Part shown: piece after piece, positions 1 through 9,297 of the stretch
Position numbering within the stretch: position 1 is the first letter of the stretch
How the letters are laid out: the number at the start of each line of letters is the position of its first letter
Assembly: GCA_003164035.1 (NCBI GenBank)
Contig: PLRS01000090.1
Coordinates: 18,229-82,228 of the forward strand
From: Bryobacterales bacterium
GTDB taxonomy: Bacteria > Acidobacteriota > Terriglobia > Bryobacterales > Bryobacteraceae
Length of the DNA: 64,000 nt
Direction of reading: 5' to 3'
Notes under the pieces: generated by a model
Told to the model about the DNA's origin: nothing
Database searches by the model: none
What the model saw: the letters and a program-made list of their open reading frames with translations, nothing else
Position numbers and translations under genes: made by a program

Positions 1-1
1 G

Positions 2-733
2 CTCCTCTGGAGTGAATACCGGGCTGCCTTCCCGAAAACCGAAGAGCGTCCGGCGCTGGAGCCGGTCATCGAGCAGTTTCCGGAAAACCCAGCCGCTCGG
101 GTCGGTCTCAAGTTCCAGGCGCTGGAGAGTTTCCCTATACCGCGAATCTGGTTCGCCAACGATCAGGGGAGCGAGATGATCCAGGTTCAGAACGACAGAT
201 TCGTAAAGAACTGGCGCAAGGAAGGGGAGAGCCACCGGTATCCCCACTACGACGAGACCATTCGCCCGCACTTTGATCGGGACTACGAGATCTTTCTGGC
301 TTTCCTGGAGAAAAACCAACTCGGCACCCCGCACGTCAATCAATGTGAAGTGACGTATGTGAACCACATCCTCGCCGGCGAAGGGTGGGAGCACTACGGC
401 GACGTGGACAGAATCTTCACGTTCTGGCGCTCGACGGATCTCGTGCCTCCTGGACCAGCGGAGGATTTGCGCCTGCACACCCGGTTCGTCATTCCGGGTA
501 AGGACGGAAGACCGATCGGTCGGCTCCACGTCGACGTACAGCCAGCGATCAGAACCTCCGATAACCGTCCCATGTACTTGCTGCACCTGACTGCCAGGGG
601 GCAGGTTGGCGACGCGGTCGATTTTTTCGACATCGGTCGGGAGTGGATCGTAACAACGTTCAAAAGGTTGACCACCAATTCGATGCACAACATTTGGAGG
701 ATTAAGAACGATGCCAGCATTGGGAACCGCTGA
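2..733 (+). CDS. TIGR04255-family conserved hypothetical protein (5' end outside window)
   Basis: The frame of ORF 176..733 stays open back to the window edge. Motifs such as VQNDRFVKNWRK and CEVTYVNHI match my memory of the TIGR04255 family. Confidence 0.6.
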   Translation, partial: LLWSEYRAAFPKTEERPALEPVIEQFPENPAARVGLKFQALESFPIPRIWFANDQGSEMIQVQNDRFVKNWRKEGESHRYPHYDETIRPHFDRDYEIFLAFLEKNQLGTPHVNQCEVTYVNHILAGEGWEHYGDVDRIFTFWRSTDLVPPGPAEDLRLHTRFVIPGKDGRPIGRLHVDVQPAIRTSDNRPMYLLHLTARGQVGDAVDFFDIGREWIVTTFKRLTTNSMHNIWRIKNDASIGNR

Positions 734-1268
734 ACTCACGGTTCAAGATCGCGGGATTTTGGCGACCAGCGCTTCTGCCGCGTACCTGGACTATTTTTCC
801 AGTGGTGACCGCCTTTTGGTCAGCGTGTTTCAGCAACCGGTCCTGATACGCCGGCAACGCAAGTATTACTCTCGCGGCCAAGCGTACCGGATTGAATGGC
901 AGGATTACGGTCAGCCGCTTCCTGCCTGGTTCGACCCCCTCATGCAAGGCTTCGTCGATTTGTTTACCCTCGTGCACAATTGGGACAGCTATGGTGCGGG
1001 TCCGATTGACCCGAGGGTGGTTCATTATGCGATGAACCTCATCAACGGTCTCCTTGGCCCCACCAGTCCGGCTCCGCGTGTCGTGCCTTTATCCAGCGGC
1101 GGCCTCCAACTTGAGTGGCGCCGACAAGGCATCGATTTGGAAGTTGTGTTTGATCGAGACGGACAGCCGTTTTTCTACTATCGAAACCGCGTGAGCGGTG
1201 ACGAATCCGAGCACACACTGCCTCAAGATAACGCTCTACTCAGATCGATCATTGGGAACCTCGATTAA
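711..1268 (+). CDS. hypothetical protein
   Basis: 185-aa ORF with a GGAGGA Shine-Dalgarno about 8 nt upstream of the ATG. It overlaps the upstream gene by 23 nt, which suggests coupling. No family recognised. Confidence 0.5.
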   Translation: MPALGTAELTVQDRGILATSASAAYLDYFSSGDRLLVSVFQQPVLIRRQRKYYSRGQAYRIEWQDYGQPLPAWFDPLMQGFVDLFTLVHNWDSYGAGPIDPRVVHYAMNLINGLLGPTSPAPRVVPLSSGGLQLEWRRQGIDLEVVFDRDGQPFFYYRNRVSGDESEHTLPQDNALLRSIIGNLD

Positions 1269-1285
1269 CCATTCACGGGGATCGA

Positions 1286-1684
1286 ATGCCAGGTCGCGTC
1301 TTCGAAGATGACCCAAACATCCCGGCGGACGAACGGCTCTTTCGCCGCATTCCACGTACTTGGGTCGATTGGGACGAAGACGGCAACGCAGTCATATCTT
1401 CGGCTGCTTTTAAAGACGAAGAACTGTCGATCAGTTTGGAATCAGTCATGACGCGAGACGGACGACCGCCCGAGGATGCGATCCGCAATTATCCTGGTTA
1501 TGGTTTGGCTGCGATTACGGCCGCTCACGCCCGATCACTGAATCAGGCCGTGGCGCCCGATCCCTTGCCGGATGAGCCAGCGCATGGGGTAGTCTACGGC
1601 CAGAAGAAGCGCGGCGGCATCGGCGGCAAACTTCGCGATGGCGCACTCTGGGTGGTGAGGCCGGTCGAACTAGAGGTCAACTAA
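1286..1684 (+). CDS. hypothetical protein
   Basis: 132-aa ORF starting 17 nt after the previous stop, with coding-like composition. No family recognised. Confidence 0.5.
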   Translation: MPGRVFEDDPNIPADERLFRRIPRTWVDWDEDGNAVISSAAFKDEELSISLESVMTRDGRPPEDAIRNYPGYGLAAITAAHARSLNQAVAPDPLPDEPAHGVVYGQKKRGGIGGKLRDGALWVVRPVELEVN

Positions 1685-1751
1685 ACGGGGGCGGAGCCTT
1701 GCGCAGCACTGCCCCGCGCGGGGCGGAACGCCACGCCCTCGGCATCCCACA

Positions 1752-1841
1752 TGGGCATCATCCTTATATGAAAATCGATTGTTGTCTCCTTCGGCAGACA
1801 ACAAATAGAGCAGCCTGCAACCGCGCGCGAGAAAGCACGCC
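1752..1841 (+). repeat. Inverted-repeat element copy 1 (TGGGCATCATCCTTATATGAAAATCG... plus hairpin 1781-1802)
   Basis: Manual alignment to the reverse complement of 2196..2267. The conserved block is followed by a 7-bp-stem hairpin (gttgtct/agacaac). Confidence 0.6.
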
Positions 1842-1997
1842 ACATGCCAGCCCCGCGTGTGGAGTCCCGGAGTCCGCGTGGAGTCCAGACGCCCCAAAAC
1901 CGCCCCGTGGCGTCCACCGGAGTCCACGTCGCCTCGTGCTAAGTCTTTTGTTTCTGGTGAAACCGCCTGCAAGTGATTGATATTTATTAAATGGCAT

Positions 1998-2035
1998 GGA
2001 AGAGGTCGTGAGTTCGAATCTCACCAGGTCCACCA
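1998..2035 (+). other. Orphan tRNA 3' fragment (T-arm, acceptor 3' strand and CCA); possible att-site remnant
   Basis: The fragment reads GTGAG-TTCGAAT-CTCAC, then CAGGTCC-A-CCA. No matching 5' acceptor strand (GGACCTG) or anticodon arm lies upstream; the upstream sequence is AT-rich and not tRNA-like. Confidence 0.6.
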
Positions 2036-2195
2036 AAACGTTTCATAGAATTACCGTTTTCCCGCCCACCAGAACGTAGCCACCGGAGTCCAAACCCCAT
2101 TTTCAGCACGGGCAGCCATGGGCATCGTGTGGATTTCGATACCTGCCCACGATCAAGCCAACCGATTCAAGGCGGTAGCAAGTTTGGGCACCTTG

Positions 2196-2267
2196 GGCAC
2201 CGTTTTTCGCGCGTGTCGTCGTCTTCCCGAGACGACAACATTTCGTTTCCATATAAGGACGATGCCC
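2196..2267 (-). repeat. Inverted-repeat element copy 2 (hairpin 2218-2236)
   Basis: The reverse complement reads TGGGCATCGTCCTTATATGGAAACG..., followed by a gtcgtct/agacgac hairpin. The stem carries a compensatory t:a to c:g change relative to copy 1. Confidence 0.6.
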
Positions 2268-2368
2268 ACCGCGCCCAACGCCCGCCACTCCTCCTTGGTT
2301 CTGCCGGCAGCCCGACGTCGGTTTTCGGCCGAATGCGCTGCAGCGGCACGACGGATATACTGGAGGCA

Positions 2369-2752
2369 ATGCGCAAAGGACTTATGATCTGGATCGTGAT
2401 GGTCGCGACTTGCCTGGGAGCCGCTTTTCTAGCTTTCCCCCAGGTGGCGGATGACCCGCTCGATTCCCTGAAGGTCTGTGCCGCCACACAGCATTTAATT
2501 TTGGAGAACCGGTTCGTACGGGTAATAGACGATCAAATTCCGGTCGGCGTCAGCGAGCCGATGCATCGACACCCCCACGGCGTGGTCGTTTACCTGACTA
2601 CCTACACCAACGAACAGACCACGCAGGATGGCAAGACAACCGTCCAGGAGCGGAAAGGGGGCACGGCCTCCTGGTCCGAAGCAACGGTACATACGGTCAA
2701 GACCATCGGCACCACTCCGTCCCACGCGATCCGTATCGAATTGAAGTTCTGA
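2369..2752 (+). CDS. small secreted cupin-like protein
   Basis: An internal ATG of ORF 2129..2752 gives an N-terminal hydrophobic signal (MRKGLMIWIVMVATCLGAAFLA). An HRHPHG motif is cupin-like. Confidence 0.5.
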   Translation: MRKGLMIWIVMVATCLGAAFLAFPQVADDPLDSLKVCAATQHLILENRFVRVIDDQIPVGVSEPMHRHPHGVVVYLTTYTNEQTTQDGKTTVQERKGGTASWSEATVHTVKTIGTTPSHAIRIELKF

Positions 2753-2954
2753 TCGACAACCTTCCCGCCGCACGAAAAGAGCCTGGGAAAACGGGACAGC
2801 CTGATCTGCGTCGATTTTCCAGACCTCCGCGCCCGTGCCCGCGAAATCAACGCAAACCAGGCTGTCGCTGTCGCTTTCCCCGCTTTCCGCTTTCCCAGAT
2901 CGATGGCGTCGCTTTCGCGTATTATAAAGCCAGAAAATCCATGAGGGGGCAGAA

Positions 2955-4493
2955 ATGAACGCTTTGAGCCGCCGCGACCTCTTTCGTACGGGAGGAGCCA
3001 TGGCCGCCGGCCTCGCTTCGGCCGCATCGGCCGATAGTGCGCCCAGCGTGGCGTCCAGTCCCGAAGTCTACACCAGAATCGGCGTCCGGCCCTTCATCAA
3101 CTGCACCGCCACGCTCACCATCAATGGCGGCTCGCAGATGCTCGATGAAGTCATCGCTACGGTGGAGCAGGCCTCGCATTATCACGTCAACCTGGACGAG
3201 CTGATGGAGAAGGTGGGCGACTGCCTGGCCGGGTTGCTGCAGGTCGAGTGGGGCATCGTCACGTCTGGCGCTGCCGCCGCGCTGGTGCACGCCACCGCCG
3301 GTTGCATTGCCGGCGCCGACCCCGAAAAAATGCAACGCCTGCCGAACCTCGCCGGGCTCAAGGACGAAGTGATCATGCCACGCGAGTCGCGTGTCGTCTA
3401 CGACCATGCCGTCCGCACCCTGGGCGTCAAGATCGTTGAAGTGAATTCGCCCGCCGAGTTGCGGGCCGCCATCGGCTCCCATACCGCCATGATCGAAGTG
3501 TTGGGCAATTACTTCGGCAGCGCCCGGCTCGATCTCAAGGATGTCGCACCCATCGCACGCCAGGCCGGCATTCCTGTTCTGGTCGATGCCGCCGCCGACT
3601 ACCTTGTGGTGCCCAATCCATACCTCGCCTTGGGCGCGGACCTGGTGGCCTATAGCGGCGGCAAGGTCATTCGCGGCCCGCAAAACGCCGGCCTGCTGAT
3701 CGGCCGCCGCGACCTGGTCCGTGCCGCTTGGGCCAACAGCGCCCCTCATCACGCCTTCGGCCGCGGCCTCAAGGTGGGCAAGGAACAGGTGGTAGGCATG
3801 CTGCGCGCGGTGGAGGTTTGGCGTTCCGGGCGCGACCTGGAAGCCGATTTTCGCCAGTGGAAATCGTGGTACGCCGAGATCTCGGGCGAGATCGCGCGCG
3901 TCGCCGGCGTCGTCACCGAAGTCCACGGGCCGGTGCGCGGCGGCCCCTTCCCCACGCTCAACGTCTCCTGGGATCCGGCGAAGATCGGACTTACCGCGGG
4001 CGAGGTCGGACGCATGTTGCTCGATGGCGAGCCGCGCATTATGTCGCATGCCGAAGGCGAAGGGCACGCTTTCCTCATCCGCCCGGTCGCGATGCATCCG
4101 GGCGAGCACAAGCAGGTGGCGCGCCGCCTTTACGAGATCTTCAGCGCCGCCCCGCGCGGCGCCCGGCAGAAGCCGCGGCCGGGGCCGCCGGTGCAGGATA
4201 TCTCCGGCGTCTGGGAAGTGGAGGTCGCTTATGAAGTCGGCCAGTCGCAGCACAAGTTTTTTCTCAACGCCAGTGGCAACCGCGTCACCGGTTCACACCA
4301 AGGCTGGGCGTTCCAGGGCGACCTCGCCGGCGACATCGATGGCGACCGGGTCGAGCTGCGCAGCAGTCTGCCCGCCGGTGGCACACATCTTTCCTACACA
4401 TTCCGCGGCTCCCTCCAGGGAGAGGAAATTGCGGGCGGCGTGGACCTGGGCGAATACGGCCGCGCGAAGTGGCGCGCCCATCGGCACGCCTGA
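2955..4493 (+). CDS. SelA/DgaE-like PLP-dependent enzyme with twin-arginine signal
   Basis: The N-terminus SRRDLFRTGGAMAAGLASA is Tat-like. YSGGKVIRGPQNAGLL resembles the PLP-lysine region of the SelA-like family. Confidence 0.7.
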   Translation: MNALSRRDLFRTGGAMAAGLASAASADSAPSVASSPEVYTRIGVRPFINCTATLTINGGSQMLDEVIATVEQASHYHVNLDELMEKVGDCLAGLLQVEWGIVTSGAAAALVHATAGCIAGADPEKMQRLPNLAGLKDEVIMPRESRVVYDHAVRTLGVKIVEVNSPAELRAAIGSHTAMIEVLGNYFGSARLDLKDVAPIARQAGIPVLVDAAADYLVVPNPYLALGADLVAYSGGKVIRGPQNAGLLIGRRDLVRAAWANSAPHHAFGRGLKVGKEQVVGMLRAVEVWRSGRDLEADFRQWKSWYAEISGEIARVAGVVTEVHGPVRGGPFPTLNVSWDPAKIGLTAGEVGRMLLDGEPRIMSHAEGEGHAFLIRPVAMHPGEHKQVARRLYEIFSAAPRGARQKPRPGPPVQDISGVWEVEVAYEVGQSQHKFFLNASGNRVTGSHQGWAFQGDLAGDIDGDRVELRSSLPAGGTHLSYTFRGSLQGEEIAGGVDLGEYGRAKWRAHRHA

Positions 4494-6011
4494 CTACTTG
4501 AAATTGCTGTAAGGCCCGGCGCGGCTGACATCCGGGATGCTCAGCCCTTCGTCGTCGGTGACGATCCTGCCGCTGCGCACAGTCATGATGGTCCGGCCGG
4601 CGTCGAGCACGGCGACGTTGGCGGGGGCTCCTTCGGCCAATCCCGCGGGCGTTACTTGATAGCCTTCGGCTTCCACCAGCACCCTGGCGTGCGCGGCCTT
4701 GAGACCGTGCCCGATCCGCGCGATGCGGCCGCCGATAATACCAATGTCGGACTCCCCGTTGTTTCCGGCGATCCGCGCGTGCTTGAACAGCAGATCGTAG
4801 ATGGTGCTATCCTGGCTGGCCGTGGCCGGCGTGCCCCGCTCGTAGACGATCTTGCCGGCGCGGATGGTCATGACACTCTCGAGCCGTTTAGTGCCCAACC
4901 GCTTGGCCGGCCACGAATCCTTAAACACAAACACGCCGCTCTGCTGCTCGAGCACGGCGATGTCGGCCACGCGTCCCACCCCTAGCGTCCCCACTTCCGG
5001 ATACCTTCCGATCGCCTTGGCCGGGTTCACCGTGGACCGCGCCAGCACATCCTCCAGGCTCATCCCCAGCAGCATCAACTTGGACATTACGTTGGGCATG
5101 GTGGATTGCTGAATGGCGATCGACTCCGCATGCAGGTCGGTGCTGATGGTGTCCGGAACGAAGCCCTGCTCGAGCGCGCGCGTGGCCACGGGCCACAGAA
5201 AGCTGCCGCCTCCGTGACCCACGTCGAACAGCACGCCGCGGCGGCGGGCTTCGGTCATCCACGGCTGGACCCTGCCCGTGAAGCGGTCGATCAATTCCAC
5301 CTGCCGGTCGTTATACATGTGCGTATGGATATCGCCGGGCCGCAGATGCTCCAGCAACTCTTCGCGCATGGTCCGGCCGGAGTTGGTGTAGATTTTGTCG
5401 TCCACCATAACCGGTACGCCGGCTCCGCGCCCCGCGTCGACCGCCCGATCGATGGCGGTCCACCCCGGCTTGGCATAGTGCGCCGTCTTGATGCCCACGA
5501 TGACGTCCCGGTTGCGGAGTATCGTGTCGGCGGTTTTGACCGGGTCCATATCTTCGGTGTCGCTCTCGAAAGGCTCGCCGGCCATCCCCTGGCCCACGAT
5601 GTTCAGCAGCGCCAGCACGCGGGTCTTCGAGTGAGCGATCACGGTTTTGCGAAACTCGTCGAAGTTGCGCCAGCCGCTTCCACCGGCATCCACGACGGTG
5701 GTGGCTCCGGCCGGAAGCGAGGTGTCGTCGGGCGCCAGCGACCCGGAATAGCGGAACACGTGGACGTGCAGATCGACAAGACCGGGCACGACATAAAACC
5801 CCGACGCATCCACCAGGCGGCGCGCCTCCTCGGCGGGAATATTGGCCGCGATGGCGGCGATTCGATCGCCGCTGATCGCGACGTCCATTGGCGCGTCGAT
5901 GCCGTTGCCCGGGTCGACCACATGGCCGCCCCGCAACACGATTGTATACTGCTGCGCCAGGCCCGGCGCGACAAGAAATACAGTGAGGAGGAGGAACCGC
6001 ATAGCCTCCAC
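4494..6011 (-). CDS. amidohydrolase-family metallohydrolase (secreted)
   Basis: It has a signal peptide and PGLVDLHVHVF, a metal-binding HxH motif typical of amidohydrolases. It is convergent with, and directly abuts, the previous gene. Confidence 0.75.
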   Translation of the reverse strand: MEAMRFLLLTVFLVAPGLAQQYTIVLRGGHVVDPGNGIDAPMDVAISGDRIAAIAANIPAEEARRLVDASGFYVVPGLVDLHVHVFRYSGSLAPDDTSLPAGATTVVDAGGSGWRNFDEFRKTVIAHSKTRVLALLNIVGQGMAGEPFESDTEDMDPVKTADTILRNRDVIVGIKTAHYAKPGWTAIDRAVDAGRGAGVPVMVDDKIYTNSGRTMREELLEHLRPGDIHTHMYNDRQVELIDRFTGRVQPWMTEARRRGVLFDVGHGGGSFLWPVATRALEQGFVPDTISTDLHAESIAIQQSTMPNVMSKLMLLGMSLEDVLARSTVNPAKAIGRYPEVGTLGVGRVADIAVLEQQSGVFVFKDSWPAKRLGTKRLESVMTIRAGKIVYERGTPATASQDSTIYDLLFKHARIAGNNGESDIGIIGGRIARIGHGLKAAHARVLVEAEGYQVTPAGLAEGAPANVAVLDAGRTIMTVRSGRIVTDDEGLSIPDVSRAGPYSNFK

Positions 6012-6081
6012 ATATTACCGAACAAGGGGACCGACCGGGGGACGCACGCCCTTGTGGCTCCGGCGCCAAGCGTCGTCACTC

Positions 6082-7116
6082 TTAGCGGTATCGGTATAAA
6101 GTAACCCGCAGAATTCCGGGGTGACGGCCCGCATCCAGTGAAATGCTGTTTCCCTGGCCGGTGTCGTCTCCCGCCAGCGTCCGTCCGCGAACCCACTGTC
6201 CATCCACAAACCGGCCTTCCTCCACGGTGGCCAGCCCGGCAAGGGGCGGTCCGGGAGTATCGGGTGAGAAGGTGACGGTCAACCCGCTGCCAGCCATATA
6301 AAACTCGTCCGGTCCGGTCGTCTCAAGGCCCGGTCCGAATACCGTCTCCCAGTTCCCGGAGGCTTTGAATCCCGCCGCCTGCCACTTCGTTCGCAGGTCC
6401 GAATCGAGCGTATCCTTGTGACTTCGGAGATACTCCATCAAGTCGCCAGGCACCGGCTGACTATAAGCGGCATTCGCCTGCGCGGAGTAGTCGCGGGCGT
6501 CCGGAATGACGCCCACTTCATTTTCCACCTGGATCATGATCACTGTGTGCGCTTCCCCGTCAACTTCATGGATCCGCCGCATGAGCGCGGCAAACGCGCG
6601 TGCGTCGGCGTCGCAATTCGCCTGGCTGAACGGCGTCAGCCTCTCCGTTCCGGAACCGTTTCTGAGTTGCACGCGGGGAAATCGCTCGAAGTTCCGCTTC
6701 ACCCAGTCGGGCGCATAGCTGGACCAGGTGTTTTTCCAGCTTCCGAACCAGAGCAAAACCAGGCGCAGGTTGTGGACGCGGGCTTCCCGGATCAGGCCGT
6801 CCACCAGGGCGTAGTCGAATTTGCCCTCCGCGGGCTCGAGTTGGGCCCAGGAAACGGCCGCGAGGACCGTATTCAGATGCATCGAGGTCAGCCGCGGCCA
6901 GACTGCGTTCATGTACTCCAGGCTTGTGGCCGAGTTGTTGTACAACTCGCCGGCCAAGACCAGAAATGGTTTGCGGTCCACGATCAACTGGGTGGCGTCC
7001 CCGCGTCTTTCCAGGTGTGGGATTGGCGAGGGCGCTTGCGATTGAGGTTCCGCGGATAGGCCCGCAGCAGAAAGGAGTAGAGTCGGACAAATCCAAGCTC
7101 GGAACCGCATGCCCAT
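6082..7116 (-). CDS. GH35-like / DUF5597-type glycoside hydrolase, unusually short (possible internal deletion)
   Basis: Signal peptide, then LAGELYNNS...WAQLEPAEGKFDY...MIQVENEVG (clan GH-A acid/base region). A C-terminal beta-sandwich-like tail follows directly. At 344 aa it is much shorter than I remember for this family. Confidence 0.55.
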   Translation of the reverse strand: MGMRFRAWICPTLLLSAAGLSAEPQSQAPSPIPHLERRGDATQLIVDRKPFLVLAGELYNNSATSLEYMNAVWPRLTSMHLNTVLAAVSWAQLEPAEGKFDYALVDGLIREARVHNLRLVLLWFGSWKNTWSSYAPDWVKRNFERFPRVQLRNGSGTERLTPFSQANCDADARAFAALMRRIHEVDGEAHTVIMIQVENEVGVIPDARDYSAQANAAYSQPVPGDLMEYLRSHKDTLDSDLRTKWQAAGFKASGNWETVFGPGLETTGPDEFYMAGSGLTVTFSPDTPGPPLAGLATVEEGRFVDGQWVRGRTLAGDDTGQGNSISLDAGRHPGILRVTLYRYR

Positions 7117-7345
7117 GTGCCTCCCGGAAGACAGAGAGTATCATGCGGCCACCTGCGGAGCGTTTTTTTTTGGTCGCCGAAGACGTTGCTGGAGGAATCA
7201 GTCTCTCCCAGAACCTCCGCCGGGCTGTTGTGCAGCGGGCACACGCGAGTGCTCCGGTCTCCAGTCAAGCACCGGGGTGTTGCGATTTGGGCTACGCTGG
7301 TTCGTGTTGCGGACCACCGCACGCAAGCAGGAGGAAAGGATCTCA

Positions 7346-8230
7346 ATGAGCCGCTTATCTGGAGTGTTGGCATCGGTTGTGGGTGCAATGCTCACTTCGG
7401 CTGTTTGCCATGCGCAAATCTCATGCACACGCGATGGACTCAAAGCTGCAGCCGACCTGTATGTTACCGCGCAGTCCAAGGGCAATCCGGCTAGTCTGCC
7501 TCTGGCGCCGGGATTGGCCTACATCGAGAACTTCAAGGTGGTGAACATCAAAGATGGCCTGATCCGGAAGCCGATGGCGATCGATCACCATCGCAGTCTG
7601 CTCGATACGGCCACCTGCCAGACGTTCACTGAAACGATCGTCACTGACAACTCCAGGCCGTATGTATTGGGCACACGGCTGCGCGTCAATCACGGTCTGA
7701 TCGCCGAGATCGAGATTTTGTGGACCACCACGGGTTACTGGCTGTTTAACGCCGATAACTACCTGAAGTACTCATCCTCCGAGGATTGGAGCGTCATTCC
7801 CACCGCGAAGCGCGATACCCGGGCGATGCTGGTCGCCGCGGCCGGCGCCTACCTGGACGCGTTTCTCGAAAAGAAGACGGACCTGGTGCCATGGGGTTAC
7901 CCCTGCCACCGGACCGAAGGCGGGAAGCGCACGGGCAAAGAACTGCCCACGGACACCTGCGAGGAGGGAGTCCCGAGCGGCGTGAACATCACGAATCGGC
8001 ATTACGTGGTAGATGAGACCATTGGAGCGGTAGTAGCTTTTTGCACGTTCGGGGTCGGCTCGCCTGACGGCGCCGGTGGTGCACCCGACACCCATCTGTT
8101 TCGCCTGAATGAAGGCAAAATCCGGTATGTCCATACGCTCACGCACCTGCTGCAGGCGGATTTTCCGAAACGCCAGGAAGGCGCCGCCACCAATTCAGGC
8201 AGCGGAGCCAAGTCTCCGGAGGGGAAGTAA
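7346..8230 (+). CDS. secreted hypothetical protein
   Basis: ATG preceded by AGGAGGAAAGGA, and a signal peptide (MSRLSGVLASVVGAMLTSAVCHA). No family recognised. Confidence 0.6.
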   Translation: MSRLSGVLASVVGAMLTSAVCHAQISCTRDGLKAAADLYVTAQSKGNPASLPLAPGLAYIENFKVVNIKDGLIRKPMAIDHHRSLLDTATCQTFTETIVTDNSRPYVLGTRLRVNHGLIAEIEILWTTTGYWLFNADNYLKYSSSEDWSVIPTAKRDTRAMLVAAAGAYLDAFLEKKTDLVPWGYPCHRTEGGKRTGKELPTDTCEEGVPSGVNITNRHYVVDETIGAVVAFCTFGVGSPDGAGGAPDTHLFRLNEGKIRYVHTLTHLLQADFPKRQEGAATNSGSGAKSPEGK

Positions 8231-8391
8231 TCTTCTTCCATACGGAATGCGGACGAGCGGTTGGCGAGCCGGACACGGTTCCTTTCGATTGGTCCAGTTC
8301 CAGATGGCGCGTTTAATCCGGTACCCTGAAGGTACGCCATGTCCGATTGGATCTTTTCCCGATCCCGCGTCGGGCGACGCGACGGGCCACG

Positions 8392-9297
8392 ATGAAGGCC
8401 CCCGTCTCCGACCTGACCGCCATCCTCTTTGCCGTCTTCGGTTTCACCTGCTGGGTGCTGGGCGATAGTTGCATCAAGTGGATCGGGCAATCCGGCCTGC
8501 CGCCAGAGGAGATCGTCGCTTTCATGGGTTCCTTCATGGCGCTCACCCTCACGCTGCAAGCCGCGGTACGCCGCAGCTTCGGCAATCTGCGTCCGCGATC
8601 GGTGGTCCGCCAGGTGCTGCGCGCCCTGCTCGACATGACAAACAACGTCTGCGTGGTTATCGCCCTTCGCCATCTCTCGCTAACCATGTTCTACATCCTC
8701 GTCTTTACCTCACCGATGGTCATCTCTCTGCTCTCGGCCGTCCTTCTGGGCGAGCGCATCACCTCCCATAAGGCGGTGGCCCTGCTCGTCGGCTTCGGCG
8801 GTGTGGTCATCGCGGTCGCCCCTCTTAGCCACGCCCAGCGCATCGATCTTATCGGTCTCACGAGTTGCCTGGTGTGCGTCGCCTGTTTTTCGGTCAATAT
8901 GGTCTGGTCGCGCGTGCTCACGCGCACCGAGCCGCCCGAGAGCCTTGCCTTCTGCTCGGGCCTGGTCACGGCCATGGCCGGCCTGATGCTCACCAGCCTG
9001 CACCCCCGGCCGCTCACGCCCACGCTCTGGCTGGCACTGGGCATGATGGGGGTTTTCTGTGCGGCCGGCACACTTAGCTTCTATTTCGCTGTCAAGCACA
9101 CCTCAGCCGGCAACGTTTCACAGTACCACTACACCCAACTGCTCACCGGCGCCTTGATCTCCTATCTCGTCTGGCACGACAAGCCCGGCCTGCCCATGCT
9201 GGTGGGCGGATCGCTGATCGTCGGCTCGGGCCTCGCGATCGCTCTGGCCGCGCACAACGCCCAGCCCGCTCTGCGCCCCGGCGTCGCCAGCAGATAA
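8392..9297 (+). CDS. DMT (EamA-like) family transporter
   Basis: About 10 predicted hydrophobic helices in an EamA-like arrangement. I chose the ATG at 8392 over the TTG at 8347. Confidence 0.7.
   Translation: MKAPVSDLTAILFAVFGFTCWVLGDSCIKWIGQSGLPPEEIVAFMGSFMALTLTLQAAVRRSFGNLRPRSVVRQVLRALLDMTNNVCVVIALRHLSLTMFYILVFTSPMVISLLSAVLLGERITSHKAVALLVGFGGVVIAVAPLSHAQRIDLIGLTSCLVCVACFSVNMVWSRVLTRTEPPESLAFCSGLVTAMAGLMLTSLHPRPLTPTLWLALGMMGVFCAAGTLSFYFAVKHTSAGNVSQYHYTQLLTGALISYLVWHDKPGLPMLVGGSLIVGSGLAIALAAHNAQPALRPGVASR

Noticed and set aside
1826-1850. Sigma-54-type promoter (TGGCAT-N5-GTGCT on the minus strand) inside inverted-repeat copy 1.
   Set aside because: GG-N10-GC spacing is present in copy 1, but the equivalent position in copy 2 does not conserve it. 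No obvious downstream gene or enhancer-binding protein is nearby. This is likely chance in GC-rich sequence.
1690-2036. Possible complete tRNA or tmRNA ending at the CCA at 2035.
   Set aside because: No 5' acceptor strand complementary to CAGGTCC, no D-arm or anticodon arm, and no tag-peptide-like ORF or pseudoknot-like sequence upstream. Only the T-arm and acceptor 3' half are tRNA-like.
2922-4253. 443-aa minus-strand ORF overlapping the SelA-like gene. The same situation applies to 22204..24618 (804 aa), 33978..35543 (521 aa), 36398..37633, 39599..41251 (550 aa), 45321..46613 (430 aa), 55475..57538 (687 aa) and 60217..61629 (470 aa).
   Set aside because: These ORFs are Arg/Gly/Ala/His-rich with low-complexity composition and no recognisable motifs. 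Each lies antisense to, or out of frame with, a gene that has a clear family signature. Long spurious ORFs like these are expected in high-GC DNA.
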